Source: Macrostomum lignano (lineage: Eukaryota). Taken from it: a stretch of 54,367 nt of DNA. The notes beneath the pieces were generated by a model. That model did not search any database and was not told the origin of the DNA. It was given only the letters and a program-made list of their open reading frames with translations. A program made the position numbers and the translations under genes. The DNA is taken from the NCBI GenBank assembly GCA_002269645.1, contig NIVC01000564.1, forward strand, positions 1 through 54,367, given 5' to 3'. Shown here piece by piece: positions 24,801 to 35,843 of this stretch; position 1 is the stretch's first letter, and each line of letters starts with the position of its first letter.

Positions 24801-25090
24801 AGGGGTTGTAGCCTGTTGATTAGAGCGTCGGACTCACGGTTGAAAGGTCGGGGATTCGATTCCCGATCACACTGAAACAATTAGTGTCCTTGAGCAAGAC
24901 ACTTAACTCTGCATTGCTTCAGTTCACCCAGCTGTAAAATGGGTGCCAGCATTAGCTGGGGTAATTGAGGCTGTGTGTGGCGACCCCCCCAGTCCTTGGA
25001 CTGAACAGCCGTACGCAGCCTTCAGATGCGCCGCGCAATAGCTAAGGCTGAGCAAGTTTAATCAATTATTACTAGTATTATTTATTATTA
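24801..25090 (+). mobile_element. tRNA-derived SINE with CORE-like central domain and (ATT)n tail
   Basis: A-box-like tagcctgttgattag and B-box gattcgattccc; gtgtccttgagcaagacacttaac...cagctgtaaaatggg resembles the MIR/CORE consensus; AT-rich tail; 11-bp direct repeat ttactatccta at 24790-24800 and 25091-25101. Confidence 0.8.
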
Positions 25091-25203
25091 TTACTATCCT
25101 AGAGACCGTGCTTCTGCATGACTTTTGAGCTAATTTTTGAGTTGCCTGCAAAGTAAAGACTACACGCAGTTAATAATGCCGTATGCCATTCCCTGGCTTA
25201 CAG

Positions 25204-25289
25204 ATCCGTCTGGATTTCCCGGCATCAGCAGTGCAATGCCGCCAGACCTGACCCTGGACTGGAAGGTGGCCAAGGTCGGCTTTGATTAA
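25204..25289 (+). CDS. PKNOX: Probable terminal coding exon of PREP/PKNOX (NPSGFPGISSAMPPDLTLDWKVAKVGFD*)
   Basis: Acceptor ttacag at 25203 is phase-compatible with donor 24497; GC-rich coding-like block in AT-rich flanks; ATTAAA shortly downstream. Confidence 0.6.
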
Positions 25290-25607
25290 CCCCCATCCGT
25301 CTCTCTCCGTTCGTTAAGCTTTTTTGCTTTACCTTTGCCTATATCTGATATCTGTTATTAAAGAAGATTATTTGTTGTTGCAATTTGATTTTTTCTTGTC
25401 GAAACTAGAAGAAAATATGATATAATGCTCGCGATATTCTGCCTGTTACTACTTGTCTCTAAGTAGTGTTATTTGCATATTCTTATCATGACAGACGCAA
25501 AATATCGTGTACTATTCTCAGCCATATAAATTAATACTCCCCAACTTAGTAATTTTGTCCCTGATCTCCACTTTCTAGCCTTTGCCCGCTTGCCCGCCTG
25601 TTTCTGA

Positions 25608-25641
<34 letters not shown>

Positions 25642-25642
25642 G
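25608..25642. repeat. (GTT)n microsatellite
   Basis: About 11-12 perfect units. Confidence 0.95.
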
Positions 25643-25879
25643 CTTGCTTGTCGCGCCTCCCTGATGTGCGGTTAATCCTATTTTATAGCAGCGGTCTTAG
25701 CGGCACTCGGTTTGAATTCGGCCAAAACTACGCTCGTACACAACAGATTCTCGTGTGAAAACTAAGAATAATAACTTTTACTGTGGATAGATTAAAAAAG
25801 AAATATTTATGGGAGAAGCCATGCGGCGGTTTATAAGATTAAAAAGGGAAGAAAGGAAGGAAGGCGCGTAAAGATTGTA

Positions 25880-26530
25880 GGGAAGGTTGGAGAGAGAGCA
25901 GTGAAGGTTGGAGAGAGAGAAGGTTGGAGAGAGAGGAGTGAAGGTTGGAGAGAGAGGAGTGAAGGTTGGAGAGAGAGGAGTGAAGGTTGGAGAGAGAGGA
26001 GTGAAGGGTGGAGAGAGAGGAGTGAAGGTTGGAGAGAGAGAAGGTTGGAGAGAGAGGAGTGAAGGTTGGAGAGAGAGGAGTGAAGGGTGGAGAGAGAGGA
26101 GTGAAGGGTGGAGAGAGAGGAGTGAAGGTTGGAGAGAGAGAAGGTTGGAGAGAGAGGAGTGAAGGGTGGAGAGAGAGGAGTGAAGGTTGGAGAGAGAGGA
26201 GTGAAGGTTGGAGAGAGAGGAGTGAAGGTTGGAGAGAGAGGAGTGAAGGTTGGAGAGAGAGGAGTGAAGGTTGGAGAGAGAGGAGTGAAGGTTGGAGAGA
26301 GAGGAGTGAAGGGTAGAGAGAGGAGGGAGAGGCGGAAAGAGAGGAGGGAGGGGCGGAAAGAGAGGAGGGAGGGGCGGAAAGAGAGGAGGGAGAGGCGGAA
26401 AGAGAGGAGGGAGAGGCGGAAAGAGAGGAGGGAGGGGCGGAAAGAGAGGAGGGAGGGGCGGAAAGAGAGGAGGGAGGGGCGGAAAGAGAGGAGGGAGGGC
26501 GGAAAGAGAGGAGGGAGGGGCGGAAAGAGA
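25880..26530. repeat. Two abutting purine-rich ~21-bp minisatellites
   Basis: gaaggttggagagagaggagt to ~26313, then ggcggaaagagaggagggagg. Confidence 0.95.
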
Positions 26531-27528
26531 GCATGCAGGGGCGAGGAGAGAGGAAATATTTCTGGGGAGATGGCGGAAGAGATCAGGCGACACAAAATTA
26601 CAAAATCTCATTAGTATTGCAATAGAATCTTGTTAGTCTACAGGCCCTATTATGCAAATAATTGTACTTGATGAATTCAATTCGATATCGGTGTCTCACA
26701 TCTCTAATATACTACATAAGAGCCCATTTCTATGAACTGATTATTAAGAAACTATGCAACTTTATGCTACCAGTGCCCTGTACATATCAGTACACACGTG
26801 TGCATCAATACTATGGTAGTTGACGAAGCGATCTAAAATCGCCGATATAGTGTAGTTTTTTTCTAACTTCAAATTAAAATAATGTACATGTATCTGTACT
26901 CGATTTAGACAAATAAAGCCGGGTTTTTTTGTTATTCTGGTCTGTTCACGTCATGAGTGCGGTTTTATTTTTAAAATTAGGTTGACGTTTAAAAATAATC
27001 GAGCTTACTTTATTAATGGTTTGTACTTTTTTTCCTTCTTGCAACAATTCTCGACAGTTTTGTATTAATATTTTAATCTAATGAGCTTATTTTACAATAC
27101 TGTTGAATCCATTTATAAACTACTATCTTTCATTAATAAAAATAATAGACCCAATCAATTTTTCGAAATTCATTATAATTTACTTGCCTACATGGAAGGG
27201 ACGCCCTCATTCTCAACAAATGGTGGCCTAGGCCAGTTTATTAATTATTAATAATTTTCAATTATTTCGCAATCTTATCTCAACATGCATACTTTTATGC
27301 TGGTATGCATATCGATGTCGATGTCGCGTTATCGGTCTTTTACGCTTGCTGTTTGTGAATGAAAATGCAACAAATTCAATTCAAATAAGCTAGGGATATC
27401 TAGCTTGTGTCTCTCTCTCTATAAATATACATATTTCTGAAGGTGTAAATACAATAAACAACTGCTGCAACTGGAATATAACTGCCCTATCAATTGTTCG
27501 ATTTTCACCTACTTTTATCGCTCCTCGC

Positions 27529-27866
27529 TGAGCTCATCTAACAGCTGATAATAGGACACGGGGGGAAGCCCCAAGTCGCATAAGTGCCTATGCACTATGC
27601 CTGCCAATGCGAAAGTCAGGGCCACTGTACACCCTGTGTGAGCTCATCTAACAGCTGATAATAGGACACGGGGGGAAGCCCCAAGTCGCATAAGTGCCTA
27701 TGCACTATGCCTGCCAATGAGAAAGTCAGGGCCACTGTACACCCTGTGTGAGCTCATCTAACAGCTGATAATAGGACACGGGGGGAAGCCCCAAGTCGCA
27801 TAAGTGCCTATGCACTATGCCTGCCAATGAGAAAGTCAGGGCCACTGTACACCCTGTGTGAGCTCA
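27529..27866. repeat. 110-bp tandem triplication, near identical
   Basis: gagctca at 27530, 27640, 27750 and 27860; I see only one difference between units. Confidence 0.95.
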
Positions 27867-29358
27867 GGAGTCAGCGGAATGGGCCTGGCTGCTTGCCTGT
27901 TCGACAGACTCATCACCTGCGAACTGCATGGCCTACTTGTATCGCTCTAACAGGTCGAAAGTACATTGAGTACTTTGAATTCAAAGCACTCTGTCTGGCT
28001 TAAAACGAAGAGATTCGAGCCCGGGTCCTTTCGTATGTCTATTGTTAGACTTAATTATCAGATGTGTATCGATGCATTATCGAGGCACATTCAATCAGAC
28101 TGATTTCGTCTGTTGAAAATTAGCACAGCGTCTTGAAATATTCGTGTTTTGATTGTGTGGTATTTTCAACAAGAACGAGAGTGGAGACAACTGGCAATTG
28201 AACTAAATGGACATCAAGAGGACAACTGCCAGTGACATAATTAGGACTTTTTTTGTGCAATTATTTGAAGGATATGGGACGACTTAATAGAGATTGGAAT
28301 GGTGACTTGACAAAGAGGCCAGATTCCTACACATGACCTGGATGATGGAGACTGGTGAATATACCTTAGCTGCAGGGCTGTCCCGGGGGTGGGGGGGGGG
28401 GCACAGCGGGAAGGCGCGAACGCCCATTCCGCTAGGTGAATATACCAATTCCATAGACCTTCTGAGGGCAGAAAGGGGGGCTGCACGAAAGTCCATGGTG
28501 TAAATATTCCCATCCGATTTGCAAGGGTGGGCAGAAACGACATATCCCTGCCCGGCTACCAAAAGTCCACGGATTGCAATGAAAATTACACGCGATATTT
28601 ATTTCTTCTGAACAAAGGGTTCGTCTCAACGGCATCGAGTAGCAGTTGGACCTGAGGCTCTCGAGCAACTTGCCTTGTCGATTGCCATCCTATCGCAGGC
28701 GACATATGCCGGCAGTGGTTTCAACGCGCTGATTGATGTTGTAAACCATATTTTCTTTTACATTCAACAGCCTTGTAATAAGTGCAATAAATTCAATGAG
28801 TGGAATAGGAGGTCAATCTCAGTTTAAGTTGAGTATTTCCTATCAAGTCCGAAGTTTAGTAAATAAATCCGCATACCCACACAGATTTATTTCTTTCTCA
28901 TTTCTTTTATTAAAAAATGCTCTACAATACACAAAAAAATTGAGGAGATTCATTGAAAAAAATGAAATATATCACTATAAAATCGTTAGTAAAGCGCAAA
29001 ATGGATTAATTCAATGTTAGAAGTTTCTGTCATAATTCAATTTTAAAGTTGAGCACTAATTAAACATTGAATTCGAAATCAACAAAACACTAATAAATAT
29101 AGGTGTTAAAAATCGCTAAAAAATCTGTGCTTTTCCGATGAATTATTTATGGAAGCGATGATAAAAACAATTGAGCTGTTTTGTTTCATAGAAAGGCAAG
29201 TTGGCTACAGAGGAAGTGTTAGCTAAAATTAATTAAAATTACATAAATCGAACACTTCACAGCAAATTTAAAAGCTTAATGAAAAGTGCTACAAAATATA
29301 GTTTTCTTACACTTACATTTTTACTCATAGTAGTCAAACTGGGGACTTCAAATCAAAT

Positions 29359-29982
29359 TTAATCATCAATACTCCTCGGCTCTTCGGTGTACGGCGGCGA
29401 ACCCTCCTGCGGCTGCGCGAAGCCGTCCTCGGTCTGGTACAGAATGTCCAGGATGCGCCGGATCTGATCGTTCGGCTGCTCCGCCGTCTGGCAGATGATT
29501 TCTACTTGGCGCAGTTTGCCGTAATAAAAATCGCGCTCCATCACTAAGCCGTCCTTGGTGTGCTGGTCTTGCACGCGGCGGGCGGACAATGCGGCGACGC
29601 GATTGCGCATCTGTTCGGCCGTGGCGCTGCCGCCTGCCGGAGCGCGGTAGGTGGCCGCTGGGTCCGCCGCTGTCGGCTGCGGTTGCTGTTGAGGCTGCTG
29701 CTGCGGCTGCTGCTGCGGTCTTTGAGGCGGCTGCGCCGGCCGCTGTCTCTCCGGCGCCGGCTGCCTTCGCGGCTGCGCCGGTGCCGCCATCGTCGTCGCC
29801 GCCCCTGACGTCCGCCGGCCGGCGCCAGCTTTGCCGCTGCCGGCGATGGCCTCGCCGGATCGGGCGGCCAGGGCGTCGTACGGCTCGCCGGAGTAGTTGG
29901 CGTCGAATAGGCGCTTGAACCACTGGGCGAACTCGAAGTTGTCCTGGAAGCGGGCCTTCACCAGGCGTTCGATTGGCACCTC
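29359..29982 (-). CDS. MAPRE1: EB1/MAPRE microtubule plus-end tracking protein, last coding exon (end of CH domain, linker, EBH domain)
   Basis: [30 protein letters not shown] and [17 protein letters not shown]...[15 protein letters not shown]; acceptor aaacag ending at 29983 (phase 0). Confidence 0.95.
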   Translation of the reverse strand, partial: EVPIERLVKARFQDNFEFAQWFKRLFDANYSGEPYDALAARSGEAIAGSGKAGAGRRTSGAATTMAAPAQPRRQPAPERQRPAQPPQRPQQQPQQQPQQQPQPTAADPAATYRAPAGGSATAEQMRNRVAALSARRVQDQHTKDGLVMERDFYYGKLRQVEIICQTAEQPNDQIRRILDILYQTEDGFAQPQEGSPPYTEEPRSIDD

Positions 29983-30334
29983 CTGTTTTGGTTGAAGTGG
30001 AGGGTGAGGCGGCAAGCCACTCCAGTGTGGTGCGGTGGAGCTAAACGCCAAGTCATACAGAATAAATTTGGATGCTTGAAGAATGCTTGAAAGACATTTC
30101 TAAATCGTATTTTAGTAACTGCAAAAAAGAATGTCAACTTAAGCGCTGAAATTGAACCCAACGCAAGGCTCCGGACCGTGGCGATTGTAGTCAACTGGTC
30201 GGACCAATTTAAAATAGTGTCACCATGGTTTATGGAGTTTATAGAGTTTATGGTGGGGGAGAAAAAAGTCAAGAATCTTAAACGAAAAGTTCCTAGTTCC
30301 TATATTTTGGGAATCAGTGTTGTTAGTACTGATT

Positions 30335-30655
30335 TTTGGCGCCACATGCACTCATTTTAGCGCCAAAGACACTCATTTTAGCGCCACAGACACTCATTTT
30401 AGCGTCACATACACTCATTTTAGCGCCACAGATACTCATTTTAGCGCCAAAGACACTCATTTTAGCGCCACAGACACTCATTTTAGCGTCACATACACTC
30501 ATTTTAGCGCCACAGATACTCATTTTAGCGCCAAAGACACTCATTTTAGCGCCACAGACACTCATTTTAGCGCCACATGCACTCATTTTAGCGCCACAGA
30601 CACTCATTTTAGCGCCACAGACACTCATTTTAGCGCCACAGACGCTCATTTTTAG
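30335..30655. repeat. GGCGCTAAA-family 21-bp minisatellite (reverse orientation)
   Basis: Unit ttttagcgccacagacactca. Confidence 0.93.
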
Positions 30656-31576
30656 AGCCACAGAACTCATTTCTGTGATCGGCAGTCACTCATTTTGACG
30701 CTCTGTTCTTGATTCTTGATTTTGATAACGGGTCACAAGGTGGGGCGAAGGACAACGCATTGGCATATCTCCCCCCCCACAGCTTTTACTTCTGTGTCCC
30801 CCCTTGGGGGGGGGGGGTTTCACAAACTCGAAATTTCTCAACGTCGAAAGCACCCTCCTTCATAAGGTCGAAATTTCACAAGGTCGAAATTTCATAACAT
30901 CGAAAACTCGAAAAGCAGCCACTTTCACAAGGTCGAAATTTCACAAGATCGAAATTTCACAACATCGAAAACTCGAAAAGCAGCCACTTTCATAAGGTCG
31001 AAATTTCACAAGGTCGAAATTTCACAACATCGAAAACTTTAGCAAGAGACTTCATAAAGTCGAAGTTTCACAAGGTCGAAATTTCAGAACATCTAAAACT
31101 CAAATAGCAGCCCCTTTCACAAGGTCGAAACTTCACAAGGTCGAAATTTCACATCGAAAACTTTAGGAAGGGACTTCATAAGGTCGAAATTTCACAAGGT
31201 CGAAATTTCACAACGTAGAAAACTACTGTATAGTTCTTGTTATATTAAATTTTCGACCTTGTGAAATTTCGATCTTATGAAGTTTCGACCTTGTGAAAGT
31301 GGATACTATTTGAGTTTTCGATGTTATGAAATTTCGACCTTTTGAAATTTCGACTTTATGAAATCTCTTGCTAGAGTTTTCGGTGTTGTGAAATTTCGAT
31401 CTTGTGAAATTTCGACCTTGTGAAAGTGGCTGCCATTTGAGTTTTCTACGTTGTGAAATTTCGACCTTATGAAAGTGGCTGCTTTTCGAGTTTTCGATGT
31501 TGTGAAATTTCGATCTTGTGAAATTTCGACCTTATGAAGTCTTCTGCTAGAGTTTTCGACCTTGTAAAATTTCGAC

Positions 31577-31864
31577 TGTTGGGGTTGTACTTTGGTTTTT
31601 CATGTTGTTTCACTTGTCTCTCTCTCTCTCCCTCCCGTGACTGATCATTCTTGCGCGCTATCGTTTTACCCCTACCTGTGTACATTTGTGCTTGCCAGTG
31701 TGCATGGTTTTAACCCCCAGCCAATCGGATGGCGTTTGTCTACTGATGTACGTGGTTTCGTGTTATGTAGTCAAATAAATACTTTCGTCACTTCGGTAGA
31801 GATCTTTCAATTGTATTCTCCTTCGCTTGCAAACATGACTTGACTCAGTTTTCCTAGACTAACA
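31577..31864 (+). repeat. 5' LTR (288 bp)
   Basis: Starts TGTT and ends AACA; contains ccaat (~31721) and aataaa (~31774); followed by PBS. Confidence 0.85.
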
Positions 31865-31867
31865 TTT

Positions 31868-31885
31868 TGGCGTCGCAAGCAGGAT
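31868..31885 (+). other. Primer binding site, probably tRNA-Ser
   Basis: TGGCGTCGCAAGCAGGAT lies 3 nt after the LTR. The implied tRNA 3' end has discriminator G and T-stem CCUGC, as in Ser tRNAs (inference). Confidence 0.6.
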
Positions 31886-31886
31886 C

Positions 31887-34800
31887 ATGAGCATCAAATT
31901 GAGAGAGACGCTGCCGTTGAGCAACATAGATGAGCTTCGCGCCTGGGTTGAAGTATTTGACGCCCAGGCCAGATCCAAAGGAGTCGAAGATACCGACGAG
32001 AGACGAGCGCTGACCGACGCTTTCATGGGCTGCCTCGGGGTCGCTGAGCTCATAAAAGTCAAGCAGCTGGTTGCTCCATAAACCCCGTCTGAGATGAAAT
32101 GGTCTGAAATCAAGCAATGCCTACTGGCGTTTGTGGAGCCCAAGAAGAAACTGCAGATCGCTGAGAGGACAGCCTTCATGTCTATGCGCCAGGCCGAAGG
32201 CGAAACCGTCACCAGCTATGCCGCTCGTCTCAGGGAGCAAGCCGTCGTATGCGAGTTCGAGAGCCTTAAAAAGGAAGGAGCGGACCCCGCCGAAGCGCTC
32301 ATCAAGATGCGGCTCATTGCCGGTCTGGCCAACTCGAACATCAGGAACAAGGTGCTCGAGCGTGAAGTTACTCAAGAACTGACGGTCGATCAGGTCACAG
32401 AATATGTTCAGCAGCTGCTGATGGTCAGCAACTTTTCAGCTGGGTCCCAGACTGCTGCTCACTCGACTCTTGTGGATTCGGTGGTGCACCAGGCTAGGTC
32501 GCTGTCGACCGCGGGTCTGACTACGGCTGATGAAGCTCACTGCCATCCGGATAGCTCCGGCTCTGTCAACGTTAATTCGGTTATGAGGCAGAAGCAGAAC
32601 TTCGGACACCAGCGCTGTCAGCGTTGCGGGTTGAGATCGCACCAGAAGCCCGCTGACTGCCGAGCCCTGAGAGCCACCTGCAATCAATGTGGAAAGCCTG
32701 GCCACTTTGCCCGTGTGTGCCGCGGTGCCAGGACCCACTTCGCTACCCCAGCTGAAGCAGTCGGCACTCAGCTGAGTCCAGAAGACTCCTATCGTGATGA
32801 GCCCGTATTCTACTGTGGAGAAGGAAAGCCTGCCGAGTTCTGCACTGTGAAAATCAATCACAGAGAAGTACTGATGGAGAAGGACAGCGGTGCCTCCTGC
32901 TCGTTAATCTCACGAAGGATCTGGAATGAGCTCGGAAGGCCCCCGCTGAAGTCGGCGAAGTCGCGCATGCTGGCGTATGACGGACACGTTATGAGACAGA
33001 TGGGCGTTCTGGAATGCCTGGTGGAGACCACTGGCAACATCGGCCGCTTCAAGGCGGCAGAGCTGCCCGTCATCGACTGCCAACAGGAGTTTGGGCTGCT
33101 CGGCCGGAATCTGCTGGTCCTCGCACCGGTGCACCATGCCAGTTCTGATGAGTCAGCCGCCAGCAACAGGTATGAGAGCTTGTTGGGAATATCTGGTGCT
33201 ACGGGAGAAATCCGTCTTTGTGCTGGAGCTAGGCCAATTTTCCAGGCAGCCAGAGAACTGCCCTTAGCGCTGAAGCACTTGGTTAAGAAGGAGCTGGACC
33301 TGATGGAAAGTGCTGGAATCGTTGAGAAGGTGATGTCGTCGGAATGGGGCAGTCCAATTGTGGTGACGGTGAAGTCAGATCGGGCATCCGTGAGAATTTG
33401 TGGAGATTATTCGGCTGTTAATCGGTTGGTTCAAGACCAGACCTTCCTCACTCCCTCGATTGAGACAGCCTTTTCGAAAATGGCCAACAAGAAGCTGTTC
33501 TGTCGGTTGGACCTATCGGATGCGTACTATCAGGTTCCCCTGGATGAGGAATCGAAGGCGGTGACCACCATAAACACTCCGTTTGGTTGCTACAGGTTTA
33601 ACCGGTTGCCGTATGGCATTAAGGTGTCGCCATCTGTTTTTCAACGTGTGATGGAAAAGCTCCTGGGAGACCATCCATGTGTCATAGTATATCAGGACGA
33701 TGTGCTGATCGGTGCTGCAAGCCGGGCAGAGTTGCAGAAAATTAGGGAGCAGGTGCTCGTGGGCGCGGTGCTTGGGCGCGGTGCTGGTCCAATCTGGACA
33801 TCCCGTCATGTTCATGTCCAGGGCGCTCACACAGGCAGAAACCAACTATTCAAACATCGAGAGAGAAGCGCTGGCTATTGTTTGGGCGGTTGAACGAGCT
33901 CGGAAAATGTTGCTAGGGAAGAAATTCATTCTGCAGACCGATCACGAGCCTTTGAAGTTTATTCTGAATCCTTGCAAGAATCTTCCAAAGACTGTTTCTG
34001 CCAGACTAACCCGGTGGGCTCTGCGGCTATCGGCTTATGATTACGAGATTGAATATGTGCCGGGAAAGAAGATGCAGGATGCTGACGCTCTATCAAGGCT
34101 GAGCTTTGAAAACCTCGATCCTGAGACGGAGTCGGTTCACCAGACTGAGTTGATCACTGACGGAGGCTTGGTTACCGTGGAGGAGCTGAGAGAAAGTACT
34201 TCCCGGTGTTCACTGCTTCAAAGACTCCAGCAGAGAATCAGGACAGGCCGGTGGGGTCAGGTCTCTCAGCTGGAGCGGCCGTACAAAGCGTGTCGGGAAG
34301 CGTTGTCTGTGGAGAACGGGCTGGTCATCCACGGTACCAGGGTGGTGCCTCCGACCATTCTCCGGCGGCGCATTTTGGAGACCGCGCATGATGAGGTGCA
34401 CCCGAGCGCGGAAAATACTAAGGCCCATGTGTCTAAGGAGTTCTGGTGGCCTGGACTGGATCGCGATGTCCGTCAGTTTGTTGAGCGGTGTCAGCTGTGC
34501 GCTGAAAGACGGCCGGTGGTTCAGCGGAAAATTGACATCTGGCCATCCGAGAGCGAGCCGTGGTCCCGGGTCCACATGGACCACTGTGAGGTGCCAGGAG
34601 TGGGCTTGCTACTGTTGCTGTCTGATGCATACTCGGGTTGGCCAGAAGCTGTCCAGGTCCCAGACAGGTCTGCGGGCAGTGTGCTGAGAGTGCTGAGAGC
34701 GGTGTTCGCCAGAAATGGAGTGCCACGGACGCTAGTGTCGGATAATGCGCCTGAGTTCAGGTCGGAAAGAGTCTCGCAGTGGCTGAACAGTGTCGGCTGC

Positions 34801-35406
34801 CAGGAGATGCACACCCCACCGTACCATCCGGCATCGAACGGGCAGGCTGAGCGGTTGGTGAGGAGTCTCAAAGGCGGGCTGAAGACGTGGACGAAAGTGG
34901 TCCCATTTGACCAGTTCCTGCAGAAATTGCTCCTAACCATTCGCACCAGCAGGCCTAGCGGGAATCGTTCCAGCTCGCCGGACATTCTCATGTGGGGACG
35001 CCGGCTGCGCCATCCGCTGACGATGACCGAGCAGGTGGGTGACTCCATCTGGCTGAGGGCTCGGCCTGGCACGGCTCCAGTTCCGGCCAAGTTCATCGTG
35101 CAGCACGGCCGGAACACAGCTCTGGTGACCTCAGCTGACCTACCAGACGGTGGACGGCGGATGGCGCACGCAAACCAATGGAGCTGCCGCCCGGAGGCGG
35201 AGGCCGATCGGCGGCTGACCGAGGCGGCTGGATCCGAGGATCAGGCTGGGCTATCGATTCAGGGTGCAAAGGCTGGCTCTGACTCGGAGCTGCGTGAACC
35301 CGAGGTGACTGACTGTGACTCCCCGCTGAGTTCTGGAGATAAGACTCTCCAGCCCCACAGCTCGTATGATTTGCGGCCTCGTAAACCTGTTTGTTATAAG
35401 GTCTAA
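31887..35406 (+). pseudogene. Gypsy gag-pol (gag, two zinc-knuckle-like motifs, protease, RT, RNase H, integrase), disrupted
   Basis: In-frame TAA at 32079-32081; CNQCGKPGHFARVC; protease DSGAS; RT LDLSDAYYQ...YQDD; RT C-terminus and RNase H DAS motif missing, with a 13-bp duplication at 33760-33785; integrase HHCC and D,D(35)E (MDH, SDN, GQAER). Confidence 0.93.
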
Positions 35407-35662
35407 GGACAGGTCTTGGTTTCTTTTGTTTTTTGTTTTGCTGCTTTTGGGGGGAGCATCGACCTTGTCCAAGAATTTGTTTTTCGACGTTGTGAAATTT
35501 CGACCTTGTGAAAGCACCCCCCCTTGCCCTCCCCCAAGTTGGCGACGCCCCTAATCATCTCAATATTTCGACTTGCATTTATCCTAGCAACAGCATCAAC
35601 AATAGCAATGAAATACAGTGTCAAGTACTACATTACCATAACCAAAATAACTGGCCACTAAC

Positions 35663-35769
35663 CTTGTCAACTCCGTGCTTCTTAAACAGAGCTTGCAACA
35701 ACTTGAAGTTGTTGATGTATTCGTGCTCCAGGTTTGTGTTGAATTTCACTTTCTTAAATGTCAAGGTTC
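35663..35769 (-). CDS. MAPRE1: EB1/MAPRE coding exon 2
   Basis: (G)[35 protein letters not shown]; acceptor tttcag and donor gttagt; phases 1 and 0 join correctly. Too short for the ORF track. Confidence 0.95.
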
Positions 35770-35843
35770 CTGAAAGTGAAACAAAATCAAAATATTTTTT
35801 TACCTTTTATTACTAATATAATTATCTAGCAGAGGCTTCTTAC

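Larger units (their letters stand above)
31577..35458 (+). mobile_element. Ty3/Gypsy LTR retrotransposon, defective, single LTR
   Basis: 5' LTR TGTT...AACA, PBS, gag-pol and PPT ggggggag (35449-35456); flanked by tcgac at 31572-31576 and 35459-35463. Confidence 0.93.
30806..35520. mobile_element. Foldback/MITE of inverted tttcacaaggtcgaaa subrepeats (~0.83 kb without the Gypsy insert)
   Basis: Left arm 30818-31220 reads tttcacaaggtcgaaa; right arm 31250-31576 plus 35459-35517 reads tttcgaccttgtgaaa. GGG...CCC ends; candidate TSD ccctt (30801-30805, 35521-35525). Confidence 0.75.

Noticed and set aside
24802-24875. tRNA gene
   Set aside because: It has A/B boxes but no closed cloverleaf or T-run terminator, and it continues into a SINE body and tail.
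27540-27620. Hammerhead ribozyme/retrozyme in the 110-bp unit (ctgataa ... gaaa)
   Set aside because: The core is CTGATAA rather than CTGANGA, and no stem II can close before GAAA on either strand.
30060-30160. Possible mutually exclusive EB1 exon (GSISALK...NVFQAFFKH on the minus strand)
   Set aside because: Only a superficial resemblance: no EHE or VDK motifs and no phase-compatible splice sites.
699-35117. Antisense and alternate-frame ORFs overlapping the transposase, prep, EB1 and gag-pol
   Set aside because: These are shadows of GC-rich coding sequence with no independent motifs.
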